Of a stretch of DNA of 64,000 bases, positions 39,025-52,339 are shown one piece after another. Both the position numbers and the translations under genes were made by a program. Source of the stretch: Malacoraja senta (lineage: Eukaryota). Within the stretch, counting starts at the first letter, position 1. Each line of letters begins with the position of its first letter. The stretch is taken from positions 57,598,001 through 57,662,000 of the forward strand of contig CM075980.1 in assembly GCA_038087875.1 (NCBI GenBank), written 5' to 3'. The notes below the pieces were generated by a model that was given only the letters and a program-made list of their open reading frames with translations, was not told the DNA's origin and did no database searches.

Positions 39025-39146
39025 CTCCACATAATCTCTGAAGAGGTAGCGCCTATATTTTTCTTTCAGTTCTTCATTAGAGATCAAAGTAAAAGCAAAG
39101 TCTTCAGGCGTTCGAAGCAAGCAGTCTTGCGCCATACAGGATATGC
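39025..39146 (-). CDS. ARIH2: ARIH2 coding exon 5 (ISCMAQDC...[11 protein letters not shown])
   Basis: 122 nt, gttag| and |gtaggt; end of RING1 and linker. Confidence 0.97.
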
Positions 39147-39544
39147 CTAACGAGACAAAAGGGCTAGTTTCAAGTAAAGAAACACTTAAAGAAACATGTT
39201 AACAGTTTAACGGAGGATCCATTTTTCCAATGAAAGGGTCTTAATTTTTGTAATCTTTCAGATCCCAGCCAGTTGCATGGCTCTCTGTACGTACAACATT
39301 TTTTGCAAATAGACCACATTGGAACTGGGTGTAAAGTTTAGTTTAGAGATATAGTTGGCGCTGTAAGGCAGCAACTCTACCGCTGTGGCACTATGCCACC
39401 CATTGGCAATTAGACGGCAGTACATTCTGCAGATGGCACTCAACAAGCAAAGGTCTCATCCTGTGTTGTAATAAATTCAGGAACCACAGAATTTGTATCA
39501 CTGGTACTCCCTGCTTGAAAAACTGTAAATTCAAGACCCATTTT

Positions 39545-40094
39545 AGAACACAGAAAAGCACAGGAACCAAATCTTTGGCCCACAATGTCCGTGCCAAACA
39601 TAATGCTAAAACCAACTCTTTATCTGCCTGCCCATAATCCATATCCTTCCATCCCTGCATATCCATCTGCCGACACAAAAGTCTCTTAAATGCCACTATT
39701 GTATCTGCCTCCACCACCACCCCTGGCAGCACATTCTAGGCACTGAACACTCAATAAAAAAACCTTTCCCCACACATTGCCATTAAACTTTTCCCCTCTC
39801 ACCTTAAAGCTATGCCCTGTAATATTTGATATTTCTGGTTCTGTCTATGCCTCCAATAATTTTATATACTTTTATCAGGTTTCCTGTTAACCTCTGGCAT
39901 TCCAGAAAAAACAATCCTGGTCTATCCAACCTTTCCCTGTAGCTAATAGCTGCTAATTCAGGCATCATTCTGGTAAATCTCCTCTGTACCCTTTCCAAAG
40001 CCTCCACATCCGGCCTGTAATGGGAGAGTGGAACTGCAAGCAATATTCCAAATGAAGCCCAACCAAAGTGTTATCCAGTTGCATCATAATTTCC
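39545..40094 (-). mobile_element. CR1 3' fragment
   Basis: LERVQRRFTRMMPEL..SYRERL remnant. Confidence 0.85.
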
Positions 40095-40097
40095 TAA

Positions 40098-40888
40098 AGG
40101 GCCTGTCCCACTAACGGGACTTTTCAGCACTGTCTTCGACCTTCAAGCTCGGGGGCACTCGACTGAAAATCCATGAGCTGGATCGACCGCCAGCAATGAA
40201 ACCGTGAGCTGGATCGACCGTCAGCGCTGGGACACACACACACACACCGCAAAGGCGGGGGCCAGGGATAGCAGAGGAGCGCTGTCTGAAATTCACAAGG
40301 TGCAAAGCCAAGTTGATACCCGCGATGAACAGGAAGGTAAAAGACAGATGGCACAGTGTACGGTAAGTCCTTTAAAAGAGGGGAGAGAAGGGGGGGAAAG
40401 AGGGGGGGGGAGAGAAGGGGGGGAGAAGGGAAGGGGGGGGAGAAGGAGTGGAGACACTTTTAAGAAGCCAGACAACTTTTAATAAAGTTTAGCGGTCATT
40501 TAACATTACCGGTCGGTTTTCCTTGGTTCCATCTGATAACTCGTGCTTTCGTTTTTTTCCCCCCAATGAGCCAATTAAAATGCTCGGTCAGCAAAGGACA
40601 TTGCCTACGGCTACCTCGACTACCTATAACTACATGGCGACCCCACTACCACTGCACTATGAGTTCAAAAGAACCATGCCGACCAATTTTTACTCGGGGA
40701 AAATCTTTCTGCATATTGAAACATTTTCCTTAACCAAACTGTGGCTGCGAGTCTGCGGGAACTTCTCTCGAGCATGAAGGAGATTTACAGTGACCTCCAA
40801 GGACCACGTGTCGACCATGCTGCAAGTATGTGGCGAGCGCCAACTCTTCTAAACTCGCAAATTAGGTCGCCATAGTGGGACAGGCCTT
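40098..40888. mobile_element. PIF/Harbinger-type non-autonomous element
   Basis: 15-bp TIR AGGGCCTGTCCCACT (1 mismatch), TAA TSD 40095-40097/40889-40891; inside a CR1 fragment. Confidence 0.85.
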
Positions 40889-41255
40889 TAACTCTTACTC
40901 ATCTTCCTAACCCCATATGAAGGAGCTAATCTTTCAGAATGCTGTGAACAAGATTTGGTCTGAATGCATTTTAAAGGTGCTCATTAGCTGTGCCTTTTCA
41001 AATTAAACTTTAGTTTGAAAACAGTAAAACTTTTACCTTTTTCTTGGATGTTTTATTGTCAAAGATTCAAATCAAGCATACAATATATAACAAACACAAG
41101 AAAGAAAACCAAATTAAATAAAAGAAACAATGCAATGTACATTTACCCAACCATCATTTGCAGACCATTGGTAATAAACTGAACTATAATTTTGGGCAAG
41201 GGACTGTTGGGGGAGGGGTGATTTGCATCTTCATTTAGATATATATTTAGATATA

Positions 41256-41437
41256 CAGTGCCCTGCATAATGTTTGGACAAAGACCCATCATTTATTTAT
41301 TTGCCTTTGTACTCCACAATTTGAGATTTGTACTACTTTTAACCACATGTGATTTTTTCGATTATAAATCTCAAAGTGTAGAATACAGAGGCAAATAAAT
41401 AAATGATGGGTCTTTGTCCCAAACATTATGGGCACTG
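41256..41437. mobile_element. MITE made of the two outer TIR ends of the Tc1 family at 27361
   Basis: TA|CAGTGCCC...GGGCACTG|TA, same sequence as the Tc1 TIRs. Confidence 0.9.
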
Positions 41438-41931
41438 TATATACCCAGGTCTCTGGCACTATGAGGCAGCAACTACACTGCTATGCCACCTATAGATGTA
41501 TTGATTTAAAACATTATGTGGTCCCAATTGAGGATTGAATTTAAAGAAAACACTTTAACCTCAAACTAAGTTAAAGGCCAAAATGAGCAGCAGGAACTCT
41601 AAAAATACTGACAGAAACCAGACGTAACTGATGAACAAAGCGCAGAATGACCGAGTCTTTCTAAAGCAAAAGGAGTCTTGTTTCCATTTAATATCTCCTG
41701 CCTGAAAGCAAGTTCAGCTATTTGAAGAATTTCAGATATAAATCAAGTCTTGCCACTGTGGTGCCAAAACAAATGCCTTGACCAGCTGGCTGTGTAGAAG
41801 TTTCCAAAGGCACATGGTCCTGCAAAATTTGAAAAGGCATCCTGCACAGCAACCCATTTGAGCTACAGATAGAAGAACGCTTGCAACATCTGAAATTTGC
41901 TGGCCAGCTTCAGGAAGAATCACTGCCAAGC

Positions 41932-41957
41932 TTCTCTCTCTCTCTCTCTCTCTCTCT
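41932..41957. repeat. (CT)n microsatellite
   Basis: Direct reading; ~30 nt from the exon 4 donor. Confidence 0.95.
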
Positions 41958-41984
41958 AGGCAAACAGATCAAGTCTTAACTCAC

Positions 41985-42132
41985 CTACTCCAATACCATC
42001 TTTCACCAGCACAGTACTGTGCTGTTCCCAGCAACTGCGGCAGAACGTATGAAGGCAGGGTAAGGACATTAAGTTCTCCTTCCGGACGTTCTGCAGGCAC
42101 ACGCCGCAAGGATGAGAAGAATGAATAAACGT
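41985..42132 (-). CDS. ARIH2: ARIH2 coding exon 4 (RING1: CGVC...CLHTFCRSC)
   Basis: 148 nt, tttcag| and |gtgagt; RING1 cysteine pattern. Confidence 0.97.
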
Positions 42133-42251
42133 CTGAAACAAATTAGACACACAAGCTGAGTTGGGCTCAGACCTTCACCTTGATTTCTCATAACAATTCA
42201 AAGCAATGCAAAGATAGCAATACAATTCAAAGCTAGGCTACATGCACTTAC

Positions 42252-42315
42252 ATTTTTTATTATTTTTGGCTGAACCCTGGCTTCCACCAGAAGCTGAGTT
42301 GGGTTAGATTTATGC
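42252..42315 (-). CDS. ARIH2: ARIH2 coding exon 3 (HKSNPTQLLVEARVQPKIIKN)
   Basis: 64 nt, tttcag| and |gtaagt; QLLVEARVQP motif. Confidence 0.95.
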
Positions 42316-43595
42316 CTGAAAGAACAAAAGAATTAAGATGAAACTCAACTGACATCTCAACCTATCTTACATCTGCTGTATAAATTCTTTAAAGGGAAGT
42401 TGGAATCTGAAGTTAAAGTAAAGAGTGTTGATATGTTGGAGAACCGGAAGATATATATAAGAGAGAAAGGATTACATTTATAGCATGACATGAAGTGGGG
42501 TGAGAGGAATCCTGCGTAGGTAAAACATCCGCACAGATCACCCGAGAGGCAGATAATTCTACTGTAACGCATGTTTCCAGAACGTAAATTGAATATAATG
42601 CAAGTGATGCATTAAGGATAACACTGTGCCAAAATATTTATTACATGATTTTGATCTACAATAATATACAAGCACAACACAAAGTGTTGGACATACTCAG
42701 CGGGTATGGGTGCAGCTGTGGAGTGAATGGACAGATAAGACCATAAGACATAGGAGCAGAATTAGGCCATTCAGCCCTTCAAGTCTGCTCTGCCATTCAA
42801 CCATGGTTGATCTATTTTTCCTTCTCAACCCTATTCCCCTGCCTTCTCACCGTAACCTTACTAATCAAGAACCTATCAACCTGTTTTAAAACACCCAATG
42901 GCCTTCACAGCCATCTGTGGCAATGCATTCCGCAGATTCACCACCCACTGGCTAAAGAAATTCCTCCACGTTTTGTCTGTAACGTATCTCTCCATTAATA
43001 TTCAATTTCACAATTAGGTTTTATCCTCTGTTAATGTACCTTCATCATTCCCACTGTTTTTCCCAACCTATAAATAAACTCTTGAACGGTTGGAGATATT
43101 CTTTCTAACAAGAAACAGCATGCACCAAAATAGTCTTTAAAAGAGAGGGGTTTCGTCATTTACTACAAAAAAGAGTCACCTGTAAAGCAAATTTAACACT
43201 GTCGAACATAATCATCATGAGCTATTCCTTAATATTAACTCGCATTAGGAGTTCTTTCAAGATAAGATAAGATAAGATACATTTATTTGTCACATGTACC
43301 AATTGGTACAGTGAAATGTGTGGTCGCCATACAGCCATACGAATAATAAAGAGCACAGAACACGATAGTTTTTAACACAGACATCCCCACACAGCGGGAT
43401 CAAAGTTTCCCACTGTGAAGGAAGGCTCCAAAAATCTCTGAGATGAGAATGTGAACCGATTGTGAGCACGTCAGAGTAGTCAACATTAAATATTTTTAGC
43501 AAACAAAATTAAATAAAAGGCAAAAGAAGAATCAGGTTATCATTCAAACATACCTCACTCTAGGTAAAAAATATCAGAGAAAAGGTCTTTCTTAC

Positions 43596-43663
43596 CTTTC
43601 TGAAATATCAGAGGTCTTCCAATGGAAGTTAACTAAAATAAGCTTGGCTACAGATGGTTCTAC
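43596..43663 (-). CDS. ARIH2: ARIH2 coding exon 2 (VEPSVAKLILVNFHWKTSDISER, UBA-like region)
   Basis: 68 nt, ttttag| and |gtaaga; frame continuous with neighbouring exons. Confidence 0.96.
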
Positions 43664-43791
43664 CTAAAAATAAACAGAAGCGAATAACTAAATAACTGAG
43701 TAAATGTAAATGGACGAGCTGGTGATTAACTGAAAACATATCAAGTCTAACAATTCAATTAAGTTTCAAAGCAAACCTCCAGATTTTCATG

Positions 43792-44870
43792 ATAGATCGT
43801 GCAGATCCATTGGGTCTGCTCCCCCCAACGCAATATTGCATTACTCACCTGTTCCCCCAACGCAACCCGTTCCCCCAACGAAATATTCCACCACTTTCTC
43901 TCTCCTCTCCCCCCTCTCCTCCCCAATCCTCAGCACAGTGAAATAATGCAGGGGTCAGTGGGGGGTGAATCACCCCATGTGTGGGTCAGGGTCCGGGGGC
44001 CGGTGAATCACCCGTGTGGGGGTCGGGGGGTGAATCACCCTGGTGTAGGGGTCGGGTCCGGGGGTCATGGTGAATCCCCCCGGTGTGGGGGTTGGGGTCC
44101 GGTGCCGGTGCAGAACGGTCAGTGACTCTGGGTGGGCGGAGGGACCAGACTGTCCCCAACTCTGCTGCAGCTGACGGGGACTTTGCCGGGTTTTGTGTCC
44201 CCCTGTGCCCGGACAGCGATGACCCCGGGGAGAGGGGGCTGTCTCATGGGATCTGCTCCTTCCGCCGCTTACACCGGGTGTCTGAGTGTCCCTTGGTGCT
44301 CAGGTTCAGAGCGCTTGGTCACCCTCCAGCCCCGGGCGGTCGTGGGACAGGACTTGCCCTCAATCTGCCGGCACGCTGCTCTTTCGCAAGTCTGTCACGA
44401 AAAACATTTGTATCTTCTCTCTGTCAGTGAGCAGCAGTGATGTTGGCCCTTTTTACCAGGTAAGAATGTACATGTTGCGTGTGTGGTACTGCAGAAGGCT
44501 TGAGCGACTCCGTGTGTCACCTGCCTTGCGAGTGCATTGTGACGTCATTCAGATTTGCCGTTGGAGCGCTGGAGTGCCCCTCCCTCCCGGAGTGGGCCGT
44601 CCTGCGTTGCGAAGGCATTGTGACGTCATTCGGATTTTTTTCCCTCCAAAATGGGTGAGTTTTCGGGCGGTTTTAAAATTTCAACGATTAATAACTTTGG
44701 AAATATAGGTGGAAATGCGACGGGAAGATGTTTATTGCCACCACGGGAAAAATGTGAGTAGGATGTGTGAAAATGGGAAGGCTGTGGCCTAGCGTTTAGA
44801 AGAAGATAGGAATTAACCATTAACAGAGACACATTGTGGGCACAAACCAAAGACTTTTAGTTTCTAGAGA
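43792..44870 (-). mobile_element. Helitron-like non-autonomous element
   Basis: Minus strand begins TC-rich and ends in hairpin GCAGACCCAATGGATCTGC plus a degenerate CTAG (CTAT); internal tandem subrepeats; no TIR or TSD seen. Confidence 0.55.
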
Positions 44871-45612
44871 TAATAGGAAACAAGGTGAAAGGACCAACAT
44901 ACCACCGTATTTGAACATTCTTCATTAAACACTATACCCAAATAATACTACCAGAGTTATCATAATCCCAATTGCAAGAAAACATTTGTGTTCATTTAGT
45001 TCCTTTCCAGTTCTTTGCCGATCAAGGGAAATACTGAAGTACATTTTAGTCATGGAGCACGGAAACAAACCTTCTGGCCCAACTTGTCGATGCTTAGCAG
45101 GTTTTATTTACTTACATTTGGCCCACATCCTTCTTTCCTATCCAAAATGTTTGAATCACAATCATTGTTGTAATGTAGTTAAGGCCTCTGACAATTTTTT
45201 CACATATAGTAAAGCAACAGTAGTCAGATAATCTGATTTTAGGACAGTGGAATGTCTTCCTAAATCAAACTACACAGTTACCTCAAATTTTTTTCGTTTA
45301 GAGATGCAGTGTAGAAACAGGCCCTTCAGCCCATTATCACCAACGATCACCCCTACACTATCAATATTATTCCAGTTTTGCATCCCAAACACTAAGGGCA
45401 ATTTACAGAAGCCACTTAGCTTACAAACTTGCAAATCTTTAAAATGTGGAATAAAACCGGAGAACCCGGAGGAATCCCATGCAGTCACATGGAGAACGTG
45501 CACATTCCACACAGACAGCACTGGTAGCAACAACTGCTGCTCCACTGTGTCGCACTTTTGAAGATTTCCCAGCGTATACACATTTATGAATTGGTTTTAA
45601 TAGATGCTGAAA

Positions 45613-46136
45613 GGATCTGCATGCCAATTAATAATTGTATCTACAGAATCCAAGTCCAAACAGAATTATTCAGGCTGGTGCAAAGAAAAGGTCATTCAAA
45701 TGGTTTTAAATTTACTGGATGAGCCACATGTTCAGCAGCAGATTGCCAGCTCATTTACTTAAAATAATTTGACATTCAAATGCCATGATAACCCACAAGT
45801 GAAGTGTATAACATCATGAGGGGAATAGACAGGGTGAATGCACAAGAGTTGTTTTACCCAGAGTATGGGCAATCAAGAACCAGAGGACATTGTTCAAGTG
45901 AGAGGGGAAAGATTTAATAGGAACCTATTTCACTCAGAGGGTGGAGGGTATATGGAACAAGCTGCCTGGGGAAGTAGTTGAAGCATGTACAATGTCATTT
46001 AAAAGACACTTGGATCTGATTGCCAATTAATAATCATCTCTACAAAATCCAAGTCCAAACAGAATTATTCAGGCTGGTGCAAAGAAAAAGTAATTCAATT
46101 GTTTTTAATTTACTGGATGGGCTCCATGCTTAGCAG
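45613..46136 (+). repeat. ~125-bp local direct duplication (45613-45738 and 46012-46136)
   Basis: Shared aatccaagtccaaacagaattattcaggctggtgcaaagaaaa core. Confidence 0.9.
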
Positions 46137-48456
46137 TACATGGATAAGAAAGGTTTAGAGGGATATGGGCCAGATGCAGGTGAATGGGACTTGTGTAAAT
46201 GGGACATCTGTGACGGCATGGACAAGTTGTGTGTAGGGCCCGTTTCTGCATTGTGTGACTCAGAGTATTTGCCTTGCAGTAAGGTGGTTAGATGTGGAAT
46301 AAATGCAAGGGCAGGCTCCCCGAAGTATTGATCAACAATCTGTAGCACGATTGAAGCTGGTACTATGTATGCAAAAAATGGCAACATGTTTTGTTCTTTA
46401 AAACAACGTCGGGAGTAAAACATGGATGTAATCAAACATCGTTTGTAAGGAATTATGAAGAAAAGAAGCAACACTGTGTAGAAAAGGGAAACTAAGCCTG
46501 AAGGTACGTTTCCAAGCAGCCGCTGAACTTAAGAGAGAAATGGAGAATGTGCAGGAACTCATTTTGTTCAAGGGCCATGCACTATACAATAGATGAAGCT
46601 TGTAGAAAAGTTAAGTCTCGACTTTAAAAGTAAACACAAACAAAAGCTACACATTACGTTCAGTTTTTAATGTAATTAAAAAGAACGTGCAGTTTTCGAC
46701 ATAGTACACAGAATATATGTTTGGAGCTGCTGATTCTAACTAATCTACTGGTTTAATTTATCTTCTACAGAGTAAAAGATAGGACTATTGCAAAATTAAT
46801 GAAAATAGAAACCAATCACTTCTGCTTGCAAAGCAAATCCCATCTGAAATTTCACTGCTGTTTCAGACCATTCAACAGGCAATGGACAAGATCTTTGACG
46901 ATCAGATTCAGTAAACGTACCTGAAAACCGCATGGGGACAAAGAGGCAGTACCAAACTGTGTCATTCACGTAAAACCAGAACAATTATTATGCCCCCCAA
47001 AAAACAGCATGTTAAGCAATCTCCCAAAGTAGGTGAAAGATGTGCAGTCCACATCCACCAATTTTCCTCGATTTATGATTATTTGAATTGCATTTTTTTC
47101 TGTAATGCCACCTCATAACTCTGAGGGCAGCCAGTTTGAGTAATGAATCTATTTTTGCAACAATGAACAGCAAGCAGGAGGAAAGATGCAAAATGCTGGA
47201 CGACCTGACCCGAAATGTCACCTATCCATGTTCTCCAGGGATGCTTCATGACCCACTGAGTTACTCTGCCCTTCATCAACATTCAAATTTAACTGGTTAA
47301 CTGGTTATCACTCCACTGATGCTGCCCGACTGTGCCTCCAGCTATTTCACATTTATTTCAGATTTGTTTCTGCATATTTACCTTGGTCTGTTGCCTATTT
47401 TATAAAGATAACATGAGAGCAAGAAAACACAAATGAAGGAGCACAGAAAGAAGGATTTATAAAACACTAATCACATCATACCATTTTATTCCTTTCATGC
47501 CTTTGTAGTGTTTACAATACTGAAGCCCGCAATTCAAGCTCATAAGCGAGAACAGTATCTACACTTCACAGAAAGTTATGTCACCTTTCTTCACCTAACA
47601 GTATCAACATTTCCTTCTAATCCTTTCACCTTCCAATGTTAATCCACGTTTCCCCAAAATGCATTTATGCCGGTCATCAAAACTCCCTACGCTGTCAATC
47701 CAACTACACTCACTATACATAGTTAGGTCTCACAGGAAACAAGAAAATCTCTTTACACTTGCGATTTAGGCTATGGTTAAATGTTATCTGATTCAAGCAA
47801 TATTATGGGATCATTTATGTTAATTTAACTTAGTAGCTAGATGACTTTACATCCAAGTGGTTTTTAGATACGTGGATTTGCAGGGAATGGAAGGATAAGC
47901 ATCATGCACAAGCAGAGGAGATTAGTTTATTTTGGCATCAGGTTCGGCAGGGACATTATGGGCTGAAGGGTCTATTCCTGTGCTGTAAATTTCTGTTTGA
48001 AGTTTCCTGCTCTCAATTCAACATACAACACAATTCCACTAAATAGCAAGTGACAGCTTTGCCTGCCAAACAGAGTGAATAATGGTTGCTCCTTCTGCTG
48101 AGCTGAGCAAATTCAGTAAATGGCAACACAAGAATTTCCGCACTCTATGTCCCAGTGTCACTCCACATAACACATTTATCAAACGAGGCAGTGGCTTAGG
48201 GAGCCAATCTGCCCTCAGATGTGTGTGAGTTTTCTTGATAATAAATTATACACTTGCATGATAAATGTTAATACAGAAACAAATGCTAAACAAGAAGAGT
48301 TCACTAGTTTTGCTCCCTTAAACATTTTAAATTCTGCACTTACTTTTGCTCCAATGCCGAGGTGTGAAGTTCACCAGTAATCTTACCTCAACTTCTCTTT
48401 AATTCAATGATATGCTTCCATTCAGTAATATGTGAGCACTATTCAGTAATACGCGA

Positions 48457-48925
48457 GGACCTGCACAGTGAATGGTAGGGCTCTGGGGAGTGTTCGAGGA
48501 GTCCAGGTACATCATTCCTTGAAGGTGGAGTCGCAGGTAAATAGGATGGTCATAAAAGCTTTTGGCACATTGGCCTTCATCAGAGTGTTGAGTATAGAAG
48601 TTGTGAGGTCATGTTGCAGTTAAACAAGACGTTGGTGGGGCCGCATTTAGAGTATTGTGTTCAGTTCTGGGCACCATGTTGTAGGAAAGATGTTGTCAAG
48701 CTGGAAAGGGTACAGAGAAGATTTACAAGGATGTTGCCAGGACTCGAGGGTGTGAGCTATAGGGAGAGGTTGAGTAGGCTGGGACTCTATTCCTTGGAGT
48801 GCAGGAGGATGAGGGGCGATCTTATTGAGGTGCATAAAATCATGAGAGGAATAGATTGGGTAGATGCACAGTTTCTTGCCCAGAGTAGGCAAATTGAGGA
48901 CATGTTGGCCAGTGTGGGCAAGTTG
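48457..48925 (+). mobile_element. CR1 RT C-terminal fragment
   Basis: ORF 48611..48961 PHLEYCVQFWAP...LERVQRRFTRMLPGL. Confidence 0.9.
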
Positions 48926-48926
48926 G

Positions 48927-50032
48927 GATCTCCCCTCATCCTCCTGCGCTCTATGGAATAGAGACCCAGTCTACTCAACCTCTCCCTATAGCTCACACCC
49001 TCTAGTACTGGCAACATCCTCGGAAATCTTTTCTGAACCCTTTCAGGCTTGACAATATCTTTCCTGTAACATGGTGCCCAGAACTGAACACAATATTCTA
49101 AATTCGGTCTCACTAATGTCTTATACAACTGCAACATGACCTCCCAACTTCTATACTCAATACTCTGACTGATGAAGGCCAAAGTGCCAAAAGCCTTTTT
49201 GACCACCTTATCTCCCTGTGACTCGACCTTCAAGGAACCATGCATCTGTACTCCTAAATCCCTCTACTCTACAACACTGCTCAGAGGCCTACCATTTACT
49301 GTGTAGGTCCTGCCCTTCTTCAAGGTCCCAAAATGCAACACCTCACACTTTTCTGTATTAAATTCCATCAACCATTCCTCTGTTCACCTGGCCAATCGAT
49401 CCAGATCCCGCTGCAATCTTTCACAACCATCTTAACTATCTGCAAAACCACTAACTTTTGTATCATCAGCAAATTTGCTAATCTTGCCCTGTATGTTCTC
49501 ATCCAAATGATTGATGTAGATGACAAACAGCAACGGGCCCAGCACCAAACCCCGAGGCACTCCAGTCCGAGAAGCAACCTTCCACAATACAATACAGTTT
49601 ATTGTCATTTGAACCTCAATAATTCTTTGCTTCCTTCCATGGAGCCAATTTGGAATCCATTCAGCTATCTCTCCTTCGATTAACTATCTGCAAAACCACT
49701 AACCTTTTGCCCTCATCAACCTTTTTGGTCACGTCTTCAAAAAAAATCAATCAGATTTGTGAGACACGACCTCCCACGTACAAAACAATGCTGACTATCC
49801 CTAATCAGCCCTTGCCCATCCAAATACCTGTATAACCTATCCCTCAGAATACTTTCCAGTAACTTACCAACTACAGATGTTAAGCTCACCGGCCTATAGT
49901 TCCCAGCATTTTCCCTGCAGCCCTTCTTGAAAAGAGGCACATTAGTCACCCTCCAGTCTACCAGCACCTCTCTTGTATTTAAGGATGACTCGTAAATTTC
50001 AACCAGGGCTCCCGCAATTTCCTCTCTAGTTT
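48927..50032 (-). mobile_element. CR1 RT fragment inverted relative to its neighbour
   Basis: PLFKKG..NYRPVSLTSVVGK, RGRSCLTNL, PNLEYCVQFWAP. Confidence 0.9.
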
Positions 50033-51614
50033 GTCCTCGGATACAAACTACAAAATTCGCCAGCACTTATATTTTGAAAAGGGGACTGACAAATGCTCAG
50101 TCTGTTATGCCATGATCACTTCATAATAACCATGATCAGAACAGTTCAATTGCAGAATCAAATTACAACACTTGACTTGACATAGTAACAAAATCTAAAG
50201 TTGTTAGGAGATTCAAGGAACTGCAGATGCTGGCTTACAAAAAAAGACAAAGTGCTGGAGTAAATAAATGGATCAGGCAGCATCTCTGGAGAGCACCAGA
50301 CTATACAAGTGGAAAGCTGAGCCAAAAATCACGATGGACAACTGGCAGGAACAGCCAGTCCTGAAACAGGCTCAAACAGTGAGAAATTGACCTCGTTGGA
50401 GAATTACCCAAACTCCAGAAGGCTTTGATGTGCCCAGACAACACAACACAATAGCTCCACAAGCCCAAGTTGAGCCTCACTGCAACAGTAGAGACAGCTG
50501 CAGACAGATGTGTGGGAAATGGGAAGGCAAATACATGGTCCAGCCTACTTGTCACTCCAAACCCACCAACATGGTTAATTCTGAACTCAGTTAAGGCTTG
50601 GAATGATGTGGCCAGCATAATATGCACCAGATGCCAGACTCCAACAAACTAAACATACTTCCAACGTCATTAATCAGAAAATCATGTTGCTACGGCAGCA
50701 GATAGAGTATTAGGTATCCTGTGGTAAGTGACTCATCGCCCGACCCATGAAAGCTATTAAAAGGCACAAGAGTGTGATGAAATATCCCTCAACTCTCTAG
50801 CAAGTTTAACAATTCTCACTTAGCTGAAACAGGCTGAAAAAATTGCTCACTGTGAAAATCTACACTTACATTTACACTTTAGACCCAACTCTAATTTGTA
50901 TTGACAATGCTTCTGCTTCTCCCTCTTGGATTTATGAAAGAAAAATAATATTTAACAAATCTGGTGGAATTTACGAATTCAGCAGCAGAATACATGAGGG
51001 CATACCAGTTCATGAGGAGCATTTGGACTTGCAAAAACTCTTTGATAAAGTATTACCTAAAAATCTAGTTAAAGAAATATTTCAAAGCGGAATGAGGATT
51101 GGTTAACAGATGGAGCACAGTAAGGCACACGTCATTTTCCACTGTGCTGGGCTGGTGGAGCACTGGGGCCCCCGTTGCTCATAATTTATAGCAAATTACT
51201 TGAATGGGCAAAGTACACTCAAGTTGCTGATGGTGCAAAGCTGGGTGACAGTGAGTGGAGGGTGGATGGTGGAGGGGTTTCAATAATATAGACAGGTCAC
51301 GTGAACGGGTGTAGACATTGCTGATCGGTGCAGTGTAGGAAAATGTGAGTGCATCACTTTACAGAATACAACAGAAAGGCCAAGTACTTCATAAAGAGTG
51401 ACAAATTGAACAGTGGTGGTATTCAGATAGGACTGCACGCCCTTGCACATGAATCACAGCAAGTTAAGGTGCCAGAACAGCAAACAATCTGGAATGCAAA
51501 TGGTCAACTAGGCCACTATTTTTAGTTTTAGTTTACTTTAGAGATACAGCGTGGAAATAGGCACTTCGGCCCACCAACTCCACACTAACCATCAATCACC
51601 TGCACAATAGTTTC

Positions 51615-52338
51615 ACCTGGCACTCAACACCCGTAAAACCAAGGAACTGATTGTGGACTTTGGAAGGGGAAGGATGAGGACCCATAACCGTTTATATTAA
51701 TGTCTGGGACGATGGTGGAGAGGGTCAAAATCATTAAATTCCTGGGCGTGCATATTTCCGAAGATCTTTCCTGGACCCAGCACACTGATGCAATCATAAA
51801 GAAGGCACATCAGTGCCTCTACTTCCTGAGAAGATTACGGAGAGTCAGTATGTCAAGGAGGATTCTCTTGAACTTCTACAGGTGCACAGTAGAGAGCATA
51901 CTGACTGGCTGCATCGTGGCTTGGTTCGGCAACTTGAACGTCCACGAGTGGAAAAGACTGCAAAAAGTTATAACCATTGCCCAGTCCATCACCGGCTTTG
52001 ACCTCCCCACCATCGAAGGGGTCTTTCGTAGTCGCTGCCTCTAAAAGGAGGCCAAGGTCATCAAAGACCCACACCATCCTGGCCACACACTCATTTCACC
52101 GTTGCCATTGGGAAGAAGGTACAGGAGCCTGAAAACTGTAACGACCAGGTTCAGGAACAGCTTCTTCCCTACAGCCATCAGGCTATTAAACACAACAGCA
52201 AATAAGCTCTGAACTATAACAGATTATTATTATTATTGCACTATATTTGTTTATTTATTGAGTATGTGTGATTGTGTATATATACACACTGAACTTTTTT
52301 TTTCTCCCGTTGTTTACTATGTTTACATGTTCTGTTGT
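51615..52338 (+). mobile_element. Rex/Babar-type LINE 3' fragment
   Basis: KTKELIVDF, KFLGVHISEDLSW, LYFLRRL, ESILTGCIVAW, RFRNSFFP; related tails at ~4930-5095, 14275-14545(-), 34950-35260(-), 58435-58695. Confidence 0.88.
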
Positions 52339-52339
52339 C

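Noticed and set aside
43964-44085. CRISPR-like spaced repeats (GGTGAATCACCC x4)
   Set aside because: Eukaryotic context, G-rich similar spacers, no cas genes; an internal minisatellite of the Helitron-like element.
46270-47180. Non-repetitive intronic block as a hidden exon or conserved element
   Set aside because: No convincing ORF or splice pair found; cannot be supported without alignments.
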